A model generated the notes under the pieces. It saw only the letters and a program-made list of their open reading frames with translations, did not search any database and had not been told where the DNA came from. A stretch of 64,000 nt of DNA from assembly GCA_043228905.1 (NCBI GenBank), contig JBHGNT010000017.1, positions 13,826,001 through 13,890,000 of the forward strand. Direction: 5' to 3'. The position numbers and the translations under genes are program-made. The DNA comes from Azolla caroliniana. Taxonomy: Eukaryota; Plantae; Polypodiophyta. Of the stretch, positions 37,165-49,669 are shown piece by piece (position 1 is the first letter of the stretch; every line of letters begins with the position of its first letter).

Positions 37165-40100
37165 TGAAAAGAATGGCGTGCGGAAGCAATATAGGAAAAC
37201 CGAACAACAGAAAACGCAGGTTTAATGGAAAGCTTAGGTTTGCACAATACGCACGGGAGAGACAGAGAGAGAGTAACACAAGAACTTAAATTCGAAAATA
37301 ATACTCAATCTGTACATAGAATGTGCTCAGTGAGCACTTTTATACAAGCCCTGATAGTGGGATGACACAAGTACTGACAGTACTTGACTGCTCATAAATG
37401 AGCCTCGACACTTACTTCCAAAACTATTCCTTACGAGGAATATCTTTCTAACGACCTTTCGGTCTACGCACTAGTTATGCATCGTATTACGCACAAATGT
37501 TGAGCTTGTCTCTCAACACTCCCCCTCAAGCTCAACTTGAGGTTCTGCCTGCTCTGCCGGACCTACGCTCTGGCTTCTCCTAGCTCCACGCCTCGCTCGC
37601 ACTCCTCGGCCTGTTCGACTCCGCACGCTTCGACCCTTCTGGTAGGCTTGTCTACTCCTACGGCCCTTCACAGGTCCCTAGTTGTCGCGGTGTTGGCGCT
37701 TCTCTTGCTGCCTTCTTTTCCACTTGGCCCTCAGTTGATTCAGTGTATCTGAATCAAACATCCGAACCGACTCAGCTACCTCCGATCGGTTTTTGCTCTC
37801 GTCCGAGCTCTCATCCGAGTTGGCTGTCTCCAACTCATCTCCGGTCTTCTCGCCCTTGACGGCGTCAACTCCCCCATGCCTGGTTGGCTTTGGCTCTTTC
37901 TTTCGGCTGCTCCCCTTGTGTCCGCTTTCGGACTCTTCCGCGGATCCGCTCTCGGCTTCTTCAGCCGATCCGAGGTCTTTTCCGTTCCTTTCTTGCTCCC
38001 TTTTGTGGTCATCTGGGACGTTTCTCCCCCTCAAGTTCGGCACGTCGAAGTGACACAACCCAAGCACACCCGAAAATTGCCGCAACTTGTCCAGACCAAG
38101 AGGCTTGGTGAAGATGTCGGCGGTCTGCCGATCCGTCGGAACATATTGAAGATCGACTTCACCAGAAAGGACACGCTCATGGACAAAATGGTAGTGCACC
38201 CCAATGTGCTTGGTCCGTGCATGGAAGACGGGGTTCTTCGCGAGTTGGATGTTGCTGAGGTTGTCGCAGTAGATCATCGTTGGATCAGACACCTCCACCT
38301 GCAAATCCTTAAGTAGCCGCTTCAACCATATGGCTTCGCATGTTGCGACAACCGCTCCTCTATACTCGGCTTCGGTGCTCGACAATGCAACTGTCGGCTG
38401 CTTCTTGCTACTCCACGCTATCGCGACACTCCCAAGAGAGAACGCATGTCCGGTCGTGGATCGGCAATCGGCGACATTGCCGGCCCAATCAGCATCAGTG
38501 TAGCCGACCAACTGCGGGGCTATATCGATCCGATATAGCAGTCCGCGGTCCTTAGTGCCGCTTACGTACCGCAGTACGCGTTGCGCACATTGAAGGTGCT
38601 CCTCGGTAGGTTGCGCCATGAACTGACTAATCACCCCGACCGGATAACTGAGATCGGGTTGGGTGATGGTCAAATAGATAAGGCTTCCGACAACTTGTCG
38701 GAACCTTGTCGGATCGCAAACCTTGCCGGAATTGGGGTGAAGCTTGACAGTTCTGTCCAGAGGAGTCGAGACGGACTTACAGTCTGCCATCCCGAATTTG
38801 AAGAGCATATTCAACGCATAATGATGGTGGCTGATTAGTATGCCTTCGGGGTTCCGGATCACTTCGATCTCGAGGAAGTAATGAAGGTTCCCCAGATCCT
38901 TCATGTCGAATGATGCCACAAGCTGGATCTTCACGCGGTTGATCTCACCTAGGTCGGCGCCGGTGATGACCAAGTCATCAACATAGAGTAAAATACTAAC
39001 CGACCCGAGTCGACCTTTCCGAATGAACAACGAGGCGTCCGATTTGGACGTCGCAAAGCCCATCCGACGCAACCGATGCGTGATTTTCGCATTCCAGGCA
39101 CGCGGGGCTTGCTTCAGTCCGTAAAGGGACTTCTTCAATCGGCATACTGCCAACATGTTCGTTCCGGAGTGAAATCCGGGGGGTTGTACCATGTACACTT
39201 GGTCCTCAAGCTCACCTTGCAGGAATGCATTCTTTACATCCATCTGATGTAGGCGCCACCCCTTGGCCGCGGCTACTGCGAGCAAAACACGGACGGTCGT
39301 CATCTTTGCGACCGACGCGAATGTCTCATTGTAGTCGATGCCGTGTTTCTGCGCGTAGCCTTTTGGCACAACCCGGGCCTTGTATCGGTTGACCGAGCCG
39401 TCGATGTTGTACTTGACCTTGTACACCCACCTACATCCGATCGACTTCACACCCTTCGGTGCGTCAACTAGATCCCAGGTCTCGTTTTCCGCCAATGTGT
39501 GCATCTCTTCCTCCATCACGGCGCACCAATTCGCGTCCTTCGCCGCTTCTGCGTAGCTCCCCGGCTCACGCACTTCCGCTACACGGGTCATGTACTCATA
39601 GTGATGCACCATGTACTCGTGGTATCCAAACCGCACAACTGGGTTCTTTTGGTGGGTAGATCGGCGTAATCGGTGATTTGCCGATGTCGAGTTCTTCTCG
39701 GCTGATGCGGACTTCGTTCCTGAAGGCCCGTCGCCGCTTCCCTCGAAGTCGGACTCGCGTCGGTTTGACTCGTTCCTATCCGTGCCGGAATCCGACACCT
39801 TCTGCTTCCCTTTCTCTTCGCGCGTAAGCTGTCTTCTTGGCTTCCTGCGCGGGGAATGCACGGCCGAGTCTCCACTACTTGCCGGCTCTTCATCGGACTG
39901 GTCGTATCGACTCAGTTGTCCATTCGGTCCACTAAACCGAAATGAAATCAGATTCTCTTCGGGGGTTCCGATTTCAAGCTCAGCCGGAGGCACCTTGGCC
40001 TCGCTGTCCTCATCGTCAGAACTCGGATCGGAGGTGAGGTCCGGAGTCAAAGGCAAGTACCAGGACGTAGACTCATCAAACACAACATCGCGGCTCATGT

Positions 40101-42732
40101 GCGGTTGTTTGGTACGCGGGTTATAGCACTTATAACCCTTCTGCTCGTCCGAATAGCCGACCAAGATACACTTCTCGGCTTTCGCGTCCAACTTCCTCCT
40201 TTTCTCCTTCGGCACATGTACATACGCAATGCTACCGAAAACTCGTAAGTATCGCAAGTTCGGCTTTGTTCCAAAGTGAAGCTCGTGCGCCGACACTTTT
40301 TCTCCGATCCGGTTTTGGATGTATACCGCGGTTCTTACCGCCTCGGCCCAATAGAACTTGGGCAAGCTCTTCTCCTCCAGCATTGCGCATGCAGCTTCCA
40401 CAACCGACCGATTGTTTCTCTCGGCCACGCCATTTTGCTCCGGCGTGTATCTACAACTGAATTCGCTCCGAATTCCCATCTGTTGTAGATAACCGTTGAA
40501 TTGACCGGAAAAGTATTCTTTTCCACCATCCGACCGCAGGCACTTGATCTTTCTTCTTGTTTCCGTTTCCACGAACCCTTTGAGGTTCCGGAAACAGTCG
40601 AAGACTTCGCATTTCCTCTCAATGAGGTAGATCCACGTATGCCGCGTGTAGTCATCGATGAAGGAGACAAAATATCGGCTCCCGCCAAGACTAAAGTTTT
40701 GTGCCGGCCCCCACACATCAGAGTGTATCAAGTCTAGCTTGTTCTGGCTCTGATTATGCTCATTTGGGAAAGGAAGTCAGTGTTGCTTCCCAAGCTGGCA
40801 GGCTTCACAAATTTGTGCCTTCCAGCCACTAAATTTGGGCAATCCAAACACCACTTGTTTCGATTGCAGGTCTTGAAGCCGCTGGTAGTTGACATGGCCT
40901 ATCCGTTTGTGCCATAAGTCGATGTCTGACTCGAATTTTTGTCCCTTCGCAAACATTGTGGTGCCACCGTTAGTAGAGTCGAGGATAAACATCCTCCCAT
41001 CTCTACGCCCTTGCGCAATAATACGGCCCTCTTCCTCAATGAAGCACCCGAGATGCATAAACCGAACCTGCATCCCCTGGTCGACGATCTGCCCGACCGA
41101 CACCAGATTCTTCGTGATGGTTGGGACGTGTAAGACGTTCATAAGTTTCCCTTTCTGTCCAACATGGCTCAAGGGAACTTCACCGACATTCGCGATCGGA
41201 TGCGGAGTGTCGTCTCCAGTTGCGTCGGTTTCTCAAGGTATGAGAACCACTCCTTGTGGCACGTCATGTGGTTTGACGTGCCGGAGTCGACATACCACAC
41301 CTCGTCTGATTTCGGCTCGGACTGCTTCATTGAGTTTGCTTCGTGTCTTGTCACGAAGACTGACCCTTTTCCGGCTTTTCCGGATCCTTTGGCGTAGTGC
41401 GATCGCTGCCGATTCCCTTTGTTGGTATGTCCGGAACCAGACCTCTCCGACTCAGCACGTTTCTTCCAGCACTCGCTCTCCCTGTGGCCTTTCTTGCCAC
41501 AGTACCAGCATTCCGTGGCAGATTTCCCTTTCTGGTTCTCGTCGCCTCGACTCCCCCTATTTCCGGAGGGTCCGGAATTGCTGTCGGCATCACTTCGGTG
41601 CCTTCTTCCTTGATCCTGTCGCCCGCCTCCATTGCATACCGACTCGCCTCGTCCGCCATGACCACGGGGCCTTTCTCCCTTCGTGTACAACATCTTGTTG
41701 TCGGTGTGCGTGCTCGTTGACGCACCCGCGTGGTTCTCCTCTACCAGGAGCATCGACTATAAGTCGAAAAAGGACGACGTATTCTCCCGGGTACACACTG
41801 CAATTCGGAACGCCCCGAACTTCGACGCCAAACCCCCGAGATAGACCTGGATCATCTCACTTTCCTCGATGTTCACATCGATGGAGGCTAAGGAGTCGCA
41901 TATGTCCTTTATCCTCGAGGTATAGTCAGCCACCGACAAATCGCGTTGTCGTAGGTTGTTCAACTCTTGTCGAAGCTGAAGCTTCCTGGCTGTGGTGCTT
42001 GCGGCGAAAATCTTCTTCAGATTTTCCCATGCACCCTTCGGCGTTTTTGCATCCCGAATGTAGCTTAGCAGTTGTTCACCCACACAAGATGCGAAGCAGC
42101 ATAACACTCTGCTCGCCGATTGTTCCCACGGTGGGAAGTCTTTGTGTGTCGAATCGGGTGCTGTGTCATTTGCTCCATCAACGTAGCTCCAGTAACCATG
42201 TCCGAGCAGGTACTGGTGCATCTTGTAGGACCAAGATGCGTAGTTGGTTCTGTCGATCTTCTCCGTTGGAAGCGAGCTAGCCATTCCTCTGTCCATCGGT
42301 TTTCTTGTTCTTCTTCGTTGGTTTTTCCTTCAAGCAAAGTCAGTTGCAGAGGTTCTCAACCCTCGCGCTCTGATACCATGAAAAGAATGGCGTGCGGAAG
42401 CAATATAGGAAAACCGAACAATAGAAAACGCAGGTTTAATGGAAAGCTTAGGTTTGCACAATACGCACGGGAGAGACAGAGAGAGAGTAACACAAGAACT
42501 TAAATTCGAAAATAATACTCAATCTGTACATAGAATGTGCTCAGTGAGCACTTTTATACAAGCCCTGATAGTGGGCTGACACAAGTACTGACAGTACTGG
42601 ACTGCTTATAAATGAGCCTCGACACTTACTTCCAAAACTATTCCTTACGAGGAATATCTTTCTAACGGCCTTTCGGTCTACGCACTAGTTACGCATCGTA
42701 TTACGCACAAATGTTGAGCTTGTCTCTCAACA
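37165..42732 (-). mobile_element. Near-intact copia (family C) inserted in gag of A; 354-bp LTRs 37165-37518 and 42379-42732
   Basis: TSD GTTAT; PBS tggtatcagagc; PPT; about 6 LTR mismatches counted by eye. Confidence 0.96.
37678..40731 (-). CDS. Copia pol ORF (integrase-RT-RNase H plus charged tail), 1017 aa; upstream gag/protease disrupted
   Basis: HSDVWG, RSDGGKEY, NGVAER, YVDD, YTDADWAG, EAEY, YCDN motifs in one open frame. Confidence 0.85.
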   Translation of the reverse strand: MIHSDVWGPAQNFSLGGSRYFVSFIDDYTRHTWIYLIERKCEVFDCFRNLKGFVETETRRKIKCLRSDGGKEYFSGQFNGYLQQMGIRSEFSCRYTPEQNGVAERNNRSVVEAACAMLEEKSLPKFYWAEAVRTAVYIQNRIGEKVSAHELHFGTKPNLRYLRVFGSIAYVHVPKEKRRKLDAKAEKCILVGYSDEQKGYKCYNPRTKQPHMSRDVVFDESTSWYLPLTPDLTSDPSSDDEDSEAKVPPAELEIGTPEENLISFRFSGPNGQLSRYDQSDEEPASSGDSAVHSPRRKPRRQLTREEKGKQKVSDSGTDRNESNRRESDFEGSGDGPSGTKSASAEKNSTSANHRLRRSTHQKNPVVRFGYHEYMVHHYEYMTRVAEVREPGSYAEAAKDANWCAVMEEEMHTLAENETWDLVDAPKGVKSIGCRWVYKVKYNIDGSVNRYKARVVPKGYAQKHGIDYNETFASVAKMTTVRVLLAVAAAKGWRLHQMDVKNAFLQGELEDQVYMVQPPGFHSGTNMLAVCRLKKSLYGLKQAPRAWNAKITHRLRRMGFATSKSDASLFIRKGRLGSVSILLYVDDLVITGADLGEINRVKIQLVASFDMKDLGNLHYFLEIEVIRNPEGILISHHHYALNMLFKFGMADCKSVSTPLDRTVKLHPNSGKVCDPTRFRQVVGSLIYLTITQPDLSYPVGVISQFMAQPTEEHLQCAQRVLRYVSGTKDRGLLYRIDIAPQLVGYTDADWAGNVADCRSTTGHAFSLGSVAIAWSSKKQPTVALSSTEAEYRGAVVATCEAIWLKRLLKDLQVEVSDPTMIYCDNLSNIQLAKNPVFHARTKHIGVHYHFVHERVLSGEVDLQYVPTDRQTADIFTKPLGLDKLRQFSGVLGLCHFDVPNLRGRNVPDDHKREQERNGKDLGSAEEAESGSAEESESGHKGSSRKKEPKPTRHGGVDAVKGEKTGDELETANSDESSDESKNRSEVAESVRMFDSDTLNQLRAKWKRRQQEKRQHRDN

Positions 42733-44788
42733 GTTATCCCTAGCAAGAGTGAAGTCGAGCTTGCTAGATGAGGAGGCGCGTTGGAAAGATAAGGATATGA
42801 GCTTCGACTCCAAAGCGCTCCTTACCAAATCGGAACGCGGAAGACATAGAAACCGTAGTCCCCAGAACCGGGAAAAGTCGGGGACATGGTCAAAGTCAAG
42901 GGGGAGGCCTACTTGCTTCTATTGCGGCAAGCCGGGACACTTCCAGAAGAACTGTCGGCATTTCCGTAAAGACAAGGAAACCGACGGTACCGATTCGAAG
43001 CAGACACCGGACCGGAACGGTAAAGACCGGAGGGGAACGAACCGAAAGGGAACGATGGCAATCGCGGCAAGTGAAGAAGAGTTGATGCTCATCACCGAGG
43101 AAAGTGAGCTATACCTTGCCAACAACGAGATGACCTAGGTGGTCGACTCCGGAGCGTCGTTCCACCTTACCCCGGACCGGAAATGCTTCTCATCCTACTC
43201 AACCGTTGATCACGGCTGTGTCCAGATGGGGAATGAAGGTACATGCTGAATTGTCGGCATAGGAGACGTGTGGCTGACAACACCAACCGGATGCAAGATG
43301 ATGTTGAAGCATGTCCGACACGTTCCGGAGGTTCGTCTGAACCTGATATCAGCCGGTAGGCTAGATGATGAAGGCTACACTGGTAGCATCCGGAACGGTG
43401 TTATGAAGTTCAGCAAAGGGAGCCTGATTGTGGCTCGGGCCCGGAAGGTAAACACGTTGTACCTGATGAATGCCCGGTTATGTCCGGAGGAAGTGAACGT
43501 GGCATCCGACACTACCGGTGAGCTGTGGCACAAAAGGCTGTGTCACATGAGCGAGAAGGGGATGAAGAGGCTTGCAGACGACAACCTCATTCCACTGAAG
43601 AACGTGCACTTGGAGAAGTGCACTGATTGTCTGGCCGGTAAGCAAAACCGAACCTCCTTCCAACCAAGGCCACCGATGAGACATAATGCACCACTGGAGT
43701 TGGTGCATACTGTTGTGTGTCAAGTGGACACGAAGTCACATGCAAGATCACAGTACTTCGTGACGTTCATAGATGACCACAGCCGGAAGTTGTGGGGCAC
43801 ACCGTTGAAGACGAAGGATCAGGTGTTATCCGTCTTCAAAGAGCTCCACGTGAGAGTGGAAAGAGAAACCGGCCGGAAGCTGAAGGCGGTTCGAGCAGAT
43901 AATGGAGGTGAATACCGGGGGCAGTTCGAGGAGTACTGTCGCTCGAAGGGAATCCGGCTCGAATTTACCGTGCCGAAGACGCCGGAACTAAACAGGCTGG
44001 CCGAGAGGATGAACCAGACCATAATGGAGAGGGTCCGGAGTATGCTGGCGCATGCACAACTACCCAAGAAGTTTTGGGCTGAGGCACTGTCGACGGCGAC
44101 ATATGTGATAAATAGATCACCCTTAGTACCCTTGGACGGAGACACGCCACATAGAGTCTGGACCGGTAAGGAAGTGTCCTACCGGCATCTGAAGGTGTTC
44201 GGGTGTCTCGCGTACGTGCATGTAGCTAAGAACCGGAGAGGAAAGTTAGATCCAAAGACCCGGCCATGCATATTCCTCGGTTACGGCAACGATGAGTTCG
44301 GCTACCGAGTGTGGGACCTGGTCGACAAGAAGGTATTCTGGAGTCGAGATATTATCTTCATGGAGGACAAGACGCTCGCCGACTGGGAGTCGGAGAAGAA
44401 GGTAAAGAACTCTGAGTCGACCGGTAAGGATCGATTTTACGATAAGCAGACCCAACCGGCAAGAGACCGGTTAGCACTCGAGGAACCAACCGGTTACGGT
44501 GAGGATACCGAACCGGCAGAAGAAGAAGTAGAGGAAGCTGAAACCGGAACTGGCCAAGACCCCGAATCGGATTCGGATGAAGAGTAAATGGAGGAGCCGG
44601 TTACCGAAGCCCAAAGACGGAGATATCCTCTCAGAGAGAGAAGGCCCCCCTGGAGATTTCCGGATGCAGAGCATGTGTTGCTAACTGATGAGGGGGAGCC
44701 AGAAAGCTTCGTAGAGGCGAAGGATGACATCCACATCCGCAAATGGTTAAGTGCCATGCAGGATAAGATGGATTCCCTGCATGAGAAC

Positions 44789-47700
44789 TGTAGAAAGTAA
44801 CGTGCGGAAGCAAGTATGAAGACCGAACAGAAGGAAGGAAACTCAGGTTCAATGGAGAGCTTGAGCTTACACGGTATACGCGGGAGAGACAGAGAGAGTG
44901 AGAGAGAAGACACAAAAAATATATAACAGAAGTACACAATCTCTATTCACCACTCTATACATATGTGTGTTCAATGAACACTTTTATACAAGTCCTAGAA
45001 GGACTGACCGAAGTACTGACAGTACTTCAATGCTCATTAAGAGCTCCTACACTAACTCCCAAATATATTCCTCACGGAATATCTTTCCTAACGACCTCCC
45101 GGTTTACGCACTCGGCCTAACCGATCGGTCCCAACCAATCCGGTCCTCGGCTTCTTCAGCCGATCCGGCCGATGTTGAGCTTGTCTCTCAATACTCCCCC
45201 TCAAGCTCAACTTGAGGCTCTTCGGGATCTTCGGGCTCACAACTCCGGTTCCTCTTGGCTTTACGCCTCGCTCGCGCTCCTCGACCTGTTCGACTCCGCG
45301 CGCTTTGACCCTTCCGGTCGGCTTGTCTACTCATGTGGCCCTTATCAGCTCTTCTGCTGTTGCGGTGTTGACGCTTCTCCTGCTGCCTTTTCTTCCACTT
45401 GGGCCTCGGTTGATTCACCGTATCTAAATCAAACATCCAAACCGACTCGGCTACCTCCGATCGGTTTTCGCTCTCGTCCGAGTTGGCTGTCTCCAACTCA
45501 TCTTCGGTCTTCTCGCCCTCGATGGCGTCATCTCCCCCATGCGTGGTTGGCTTCGGCTCTCTCCTTCGGCTGCTCCACTTTTGTCCGCTTCCGGACTTCT
45601 CCGCGGGTCCGTCCTCGGCTTCTTCAGCCGATCTGAAGTCGAACTCGACAACCGACTCGATGTCGCGGTCTCTGCTCCTTTCCTACTGCCTTGCTTGGTC
45701 GTTCGGGACTGTTCTCCCCCTCAAGTTCGGCACGTCGAGGGGACGCAATCCGAGCGCACCTGAGAATTGCCGCAACTTGTCCAGACCAAGAGGCTTGGTG
45801 AAGATGTCGACAGTCTGCCGATCCGTCGGAACGTACTGAAGTTCAACTTCACCGGAAAGGACACGCTCACGGACGAAATGGTAGTGCACCTCAATGTGCT
45901 TGGTCCGTGCATGGAAAACGGGGTTTTTCGCGAGCTGGATGCTGCTAAGGTTGTCGCAGTAGATCATCGTCGGATCTGACACCTCCACTTGCAGGTCCTT
46001 AAGTAGCCGCTTCAACCAGATGGCTTCGCACGTCGCGACAACTGCGCCTCGGTACTCAGCTTCGGTGCTCGACAGTGCAACTGTCGGCTGCTTCTTACTG
46101 CTCCACGCGATCGCGGCACTCCCGAGGGAGAACGCGTATCCATACGTGGATCGGCGATCGGCGGCATTGCCAGCCCAATCAGCATCGGTGTAGCCGACTA
46201 ACTGCTCGGCTGCACCAGTCCGATATAGCAGTCTGCGGTCCTTAGTGCCGTTGACATACCGAAGTATACGTCGTGCACACTGAAGGTGCTGCTCGGTAGG
46301 TTGCGCCATGAACTGATTGATCACCCCGACCGGTTAATTGAGGTCAGGTCGGGTGATGGTCAAGTATATGAGGCTTCCGAAAATTTGTCGGAACCTCGTC
46401 GGGTCGCATACCTTTCCCGTATCGGGACGAAGCTTGACGGTTCTGTCTAGAGGAGTCGAGACGGACTTACAGTCGGCCATCCCGAATTTGAAGAGCATAC
46501 TCAACACGTAATGACGTTGGCTGATCAATATGCCTTCGGGGGTACGGATCACTTCGATCCCGATGAAGTAATGAAGGTCCCCCAGATCCTTCATGTCAAA
46601 CGATGCCGCAAGCTGGAGCTTCACGTGGTCGATTTCACTTAGGTCGACGCCAGTGATAACCAAGTCATCAACATATAGTAAAATACTAACCGGTCCGAGT
46701 CGACCTTTCCGGATGAACAGGGAAGAGTCCGATTTTGATGTGACAAAACCCATCCGACGTAGTTGTTGTGTGATCTTCGCGTTCCAGGCACGCGGGGCTT
46801 GCTTCAGTCCGTAAAGGGACTTCTTCAGTCGGCATACTGCCGAGGAGTTCGGGTCTCGATTTCGGGCTCATCCGGAGGCATCTTGGCCTCGCTGACCTCA
46901 TTGTCGGAGCTCGGATTGGGGGCAGGGTTCGGAGTCGGGGGCAGGTACCAGTCGGGGGCTGACACGCGCTTGTTTGGTGCAAGGGTTATAGCACTTATAA
47001 CCCTTCTGCTCGTCGGAGTAACCGACCAAGATGCATTTCTCGGCCTTTGCGTCCAGCTTCCTCCTTTTCTCCTTCGGTACATGCACATACGCAATGCTAC
47101 CGAACACCCTCAAGTGTTGCAAGTTCGGCTTCGTTCCGAAATACAGCTCGTGCGCCGACACTTTGTCTCCGATCCGGTTCTGGATGTATACCGCGGTCCT
47201 TACCGCCTCGGCCCAGTAGAACTTGGGCAAGCTCTTTTCCTCCAACATTGCCCATGCCACTTCCACAACTGACCGATTCTTCCTCTCGGCCACGCCGTTA
47301 TGCTTTGGCGTGTATCTACAACTGAATTCGCGCCGAAGTCCCATTTGTTGTAGATAACTGTTGAATTGACCAGAAAAGTACTCTTTCTCGCCATCCGACC
47401 GCAGGCACTTGATCTTCCATCCCGTTTCCGTTTCCACAAACCCTTTGAGGTCCCGGAAACAATCGAAGACATTGCTCTTCCTCTCAATGAGGTAGATCCA
47501 CGTGTGCTACGTGTGGTCATCGATGAAGGAGACGAAATATCGGCTCCCGCCAAGACTAACGTTTTGTGCCAGCCCCCATACATCGGAGTGTATAAGGTCG
47601 AGCTTGTTCCGGCTCCGGTTTCGCTCGTTTGGGAAAGGAAGTCGGTGTTGCTTCCCGAGCTGGCAGGCTTCACAAATTTGTGCCTTTCGGCCACTAAATT

Positions 47701-49669
47701 TGGGCAATCCGAACACTACCTGTTTCGATTGCAGATCTTGAAGCCGCTGGTGGTTGACGTGGCCTATCCGCTTGTGCCACAAGTCGATGTCCGACTCGGA
47801 TTTTTTTTCCTTCGCGAACATTGCGGTGCCGCCGTCAGTGTAGTCGAAGATGAACATCCTCCCGTCTCTGCGCCCTTGCGCAATCACACGGCCTTCTTCC
47901 TCAATGAAGCACCCGAGGTGACATGTAAACCGAACCTCCATCCCTTGGTCGACGATCTATCCGACCGAGACCAAGTTCTTCGTGATTGTCGGAACGTGCA
48001 ACACGTTCATGAGTTTCCCTTTCTGCCCGACATGGCTAAGGGGAACTTCTCCGACATTCGCGATCGGATGCGGAGTGTCATCTCCAGTTGCGACTACTCC
48101 AGGTTGTATCGGTTTTTCAAGGTACGAGAACCACTCCTTATGGCTCGTCATGTGGTTTGACGCTCCGGAGTCTACGTACCACACCTCGTCCGATCTCGGG
48201 GTGCTCTGTTTCATTGAGTTTGCTTCGTGTCTCGTCACGAAGACAAACCCTTCTCCAGCTCTCCCGGAATCTTTGGCGTAGTGCGATCGCTGCCGATTTC
48301 TCTTGTCGGTATGTCCGGAGCCGTTTCTGGAACCGGTTCTCTCCGAATTGGCGCGCTTCTTCCAACACTCACTTTCCCTGTGGCCTTTCTTGCCACAGTA
48401 CCAGCACTCCACGATGGCTTTCCCTTGCCGGTTCTCATCACTTCGACTCCCCCTGTTTCCGGAGGGTCCGGAGTTGCTGTCGGCATCACTTAGGTGCCTT
48501 CTTCCTCGATCTCGTTGGCCACCTCCATTGCGCCCCGACTCGCCTCGTCCTCCACGTCCACGGGGCCTATCTCCCTCCGTGTACAACATTCTGCTGTCGG
48601 CGTGCGTGCTTGTAGATGCACCCGCGTGGTTCTCCTCTACTAGGAGCATTAACTGTAAGTCGAAAAAGGACGGCGTATTCTCCCGGGTACACACAGCCGT
48701 TCGGAACGCTCCGAACTTCGACGCCAAACCTCCGAGACAGATCTGGACCATCTCGCTCTCCTCGATGTTCACCTCTATGGAGGCGAGGGAGTCACAGATA
48801 TCCTTGATCTTCGAGGTATAGTCCGCCACCGACAAGTCGCGTTGTCGTAGGTTGCTCAACTCCTGTCAGAGCTGTAGCTTCTTGGCTGTGGTGCTCGCGG
48901 CGAAAATCTTCTTCAGATTTTCCCACGCACCCTTCGGTGTCTTTGCATCCCGAACATAGCTCAATAGTTGTTCGCCCACACACGACGCGAAGCAGTATAA
49001 TACCCTGCTCGCCGATTGCTCCCACGACGGGAAGTCTCTGTGTGTCGATTTAGGTGCCGCGTCATTAGCTCCTTCGACATAACTCCAGTAGCCGTGCCCG
49101 AGCAGGTACAGGTGCATCTTGTATGACCAAGACGCGTAGTTGGTTCTGTCGAGCTTCTCTGTTGGAAGCGAGCTCGCCATGCCTCTATCCATCGTTCTTC
49201 TCGTTCTTCTTCGTCAAGCGGTGTCGGCTGCAGAGAGGTTCTCAACCCTCGCGCTTTGATACCATGTAGAAAGTAACGTGCGGAAGCAAGTATAAAGACC
49301 GAACAGAAGGAAGGAAACTCAGGTTCAATGGAGAGCTTGAGCTTACACGGTATACGCAGGAGAGACAGAGAGAGTGAGAGAGAAGACACAAAAAATATAT
49401 AACAGAAGTACACAATCTCTATTCACCACTCTATACATATGTGTGTTCAATGAACACTTTTATACAAGTCCTAGAAGGACTGACCGAAGTACTGACAATA
49501 CTTCAATGCTCATTAAGAGCTCCTACACTAACTCCCAAATATATTCCTCACGGAATATCTTTCCTAACGACGTCCCGGTTTATGCACTCGGCCTAATCGA
49601 TCGGTCCCAACCGATCCGGTCCTTGGCTTCTTCAGCCGATCCGGCCGATGTTGAGCTTGTCTCTCAACA
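44789..49669 (-). mobile_element. Copia (family E, related to C) inserted at the RT start of A; 405-bp LTRs 44789-45193 and 49265-49669
   Basis: TSD AGAAC; PBS tggtatcaaagc; PPT; RT N-terminus deleted near 46835; about 9 LTR mismatches counted by eye. Confidence 0.95.

Noticed and set aside
40889-42280. 463-aa plus-strand ORF and similar antisense ORFs over copia gag-pol
   Set aside because: Shadow frames of GC-rich retrotransposon coding sequence; no recognisable domains.
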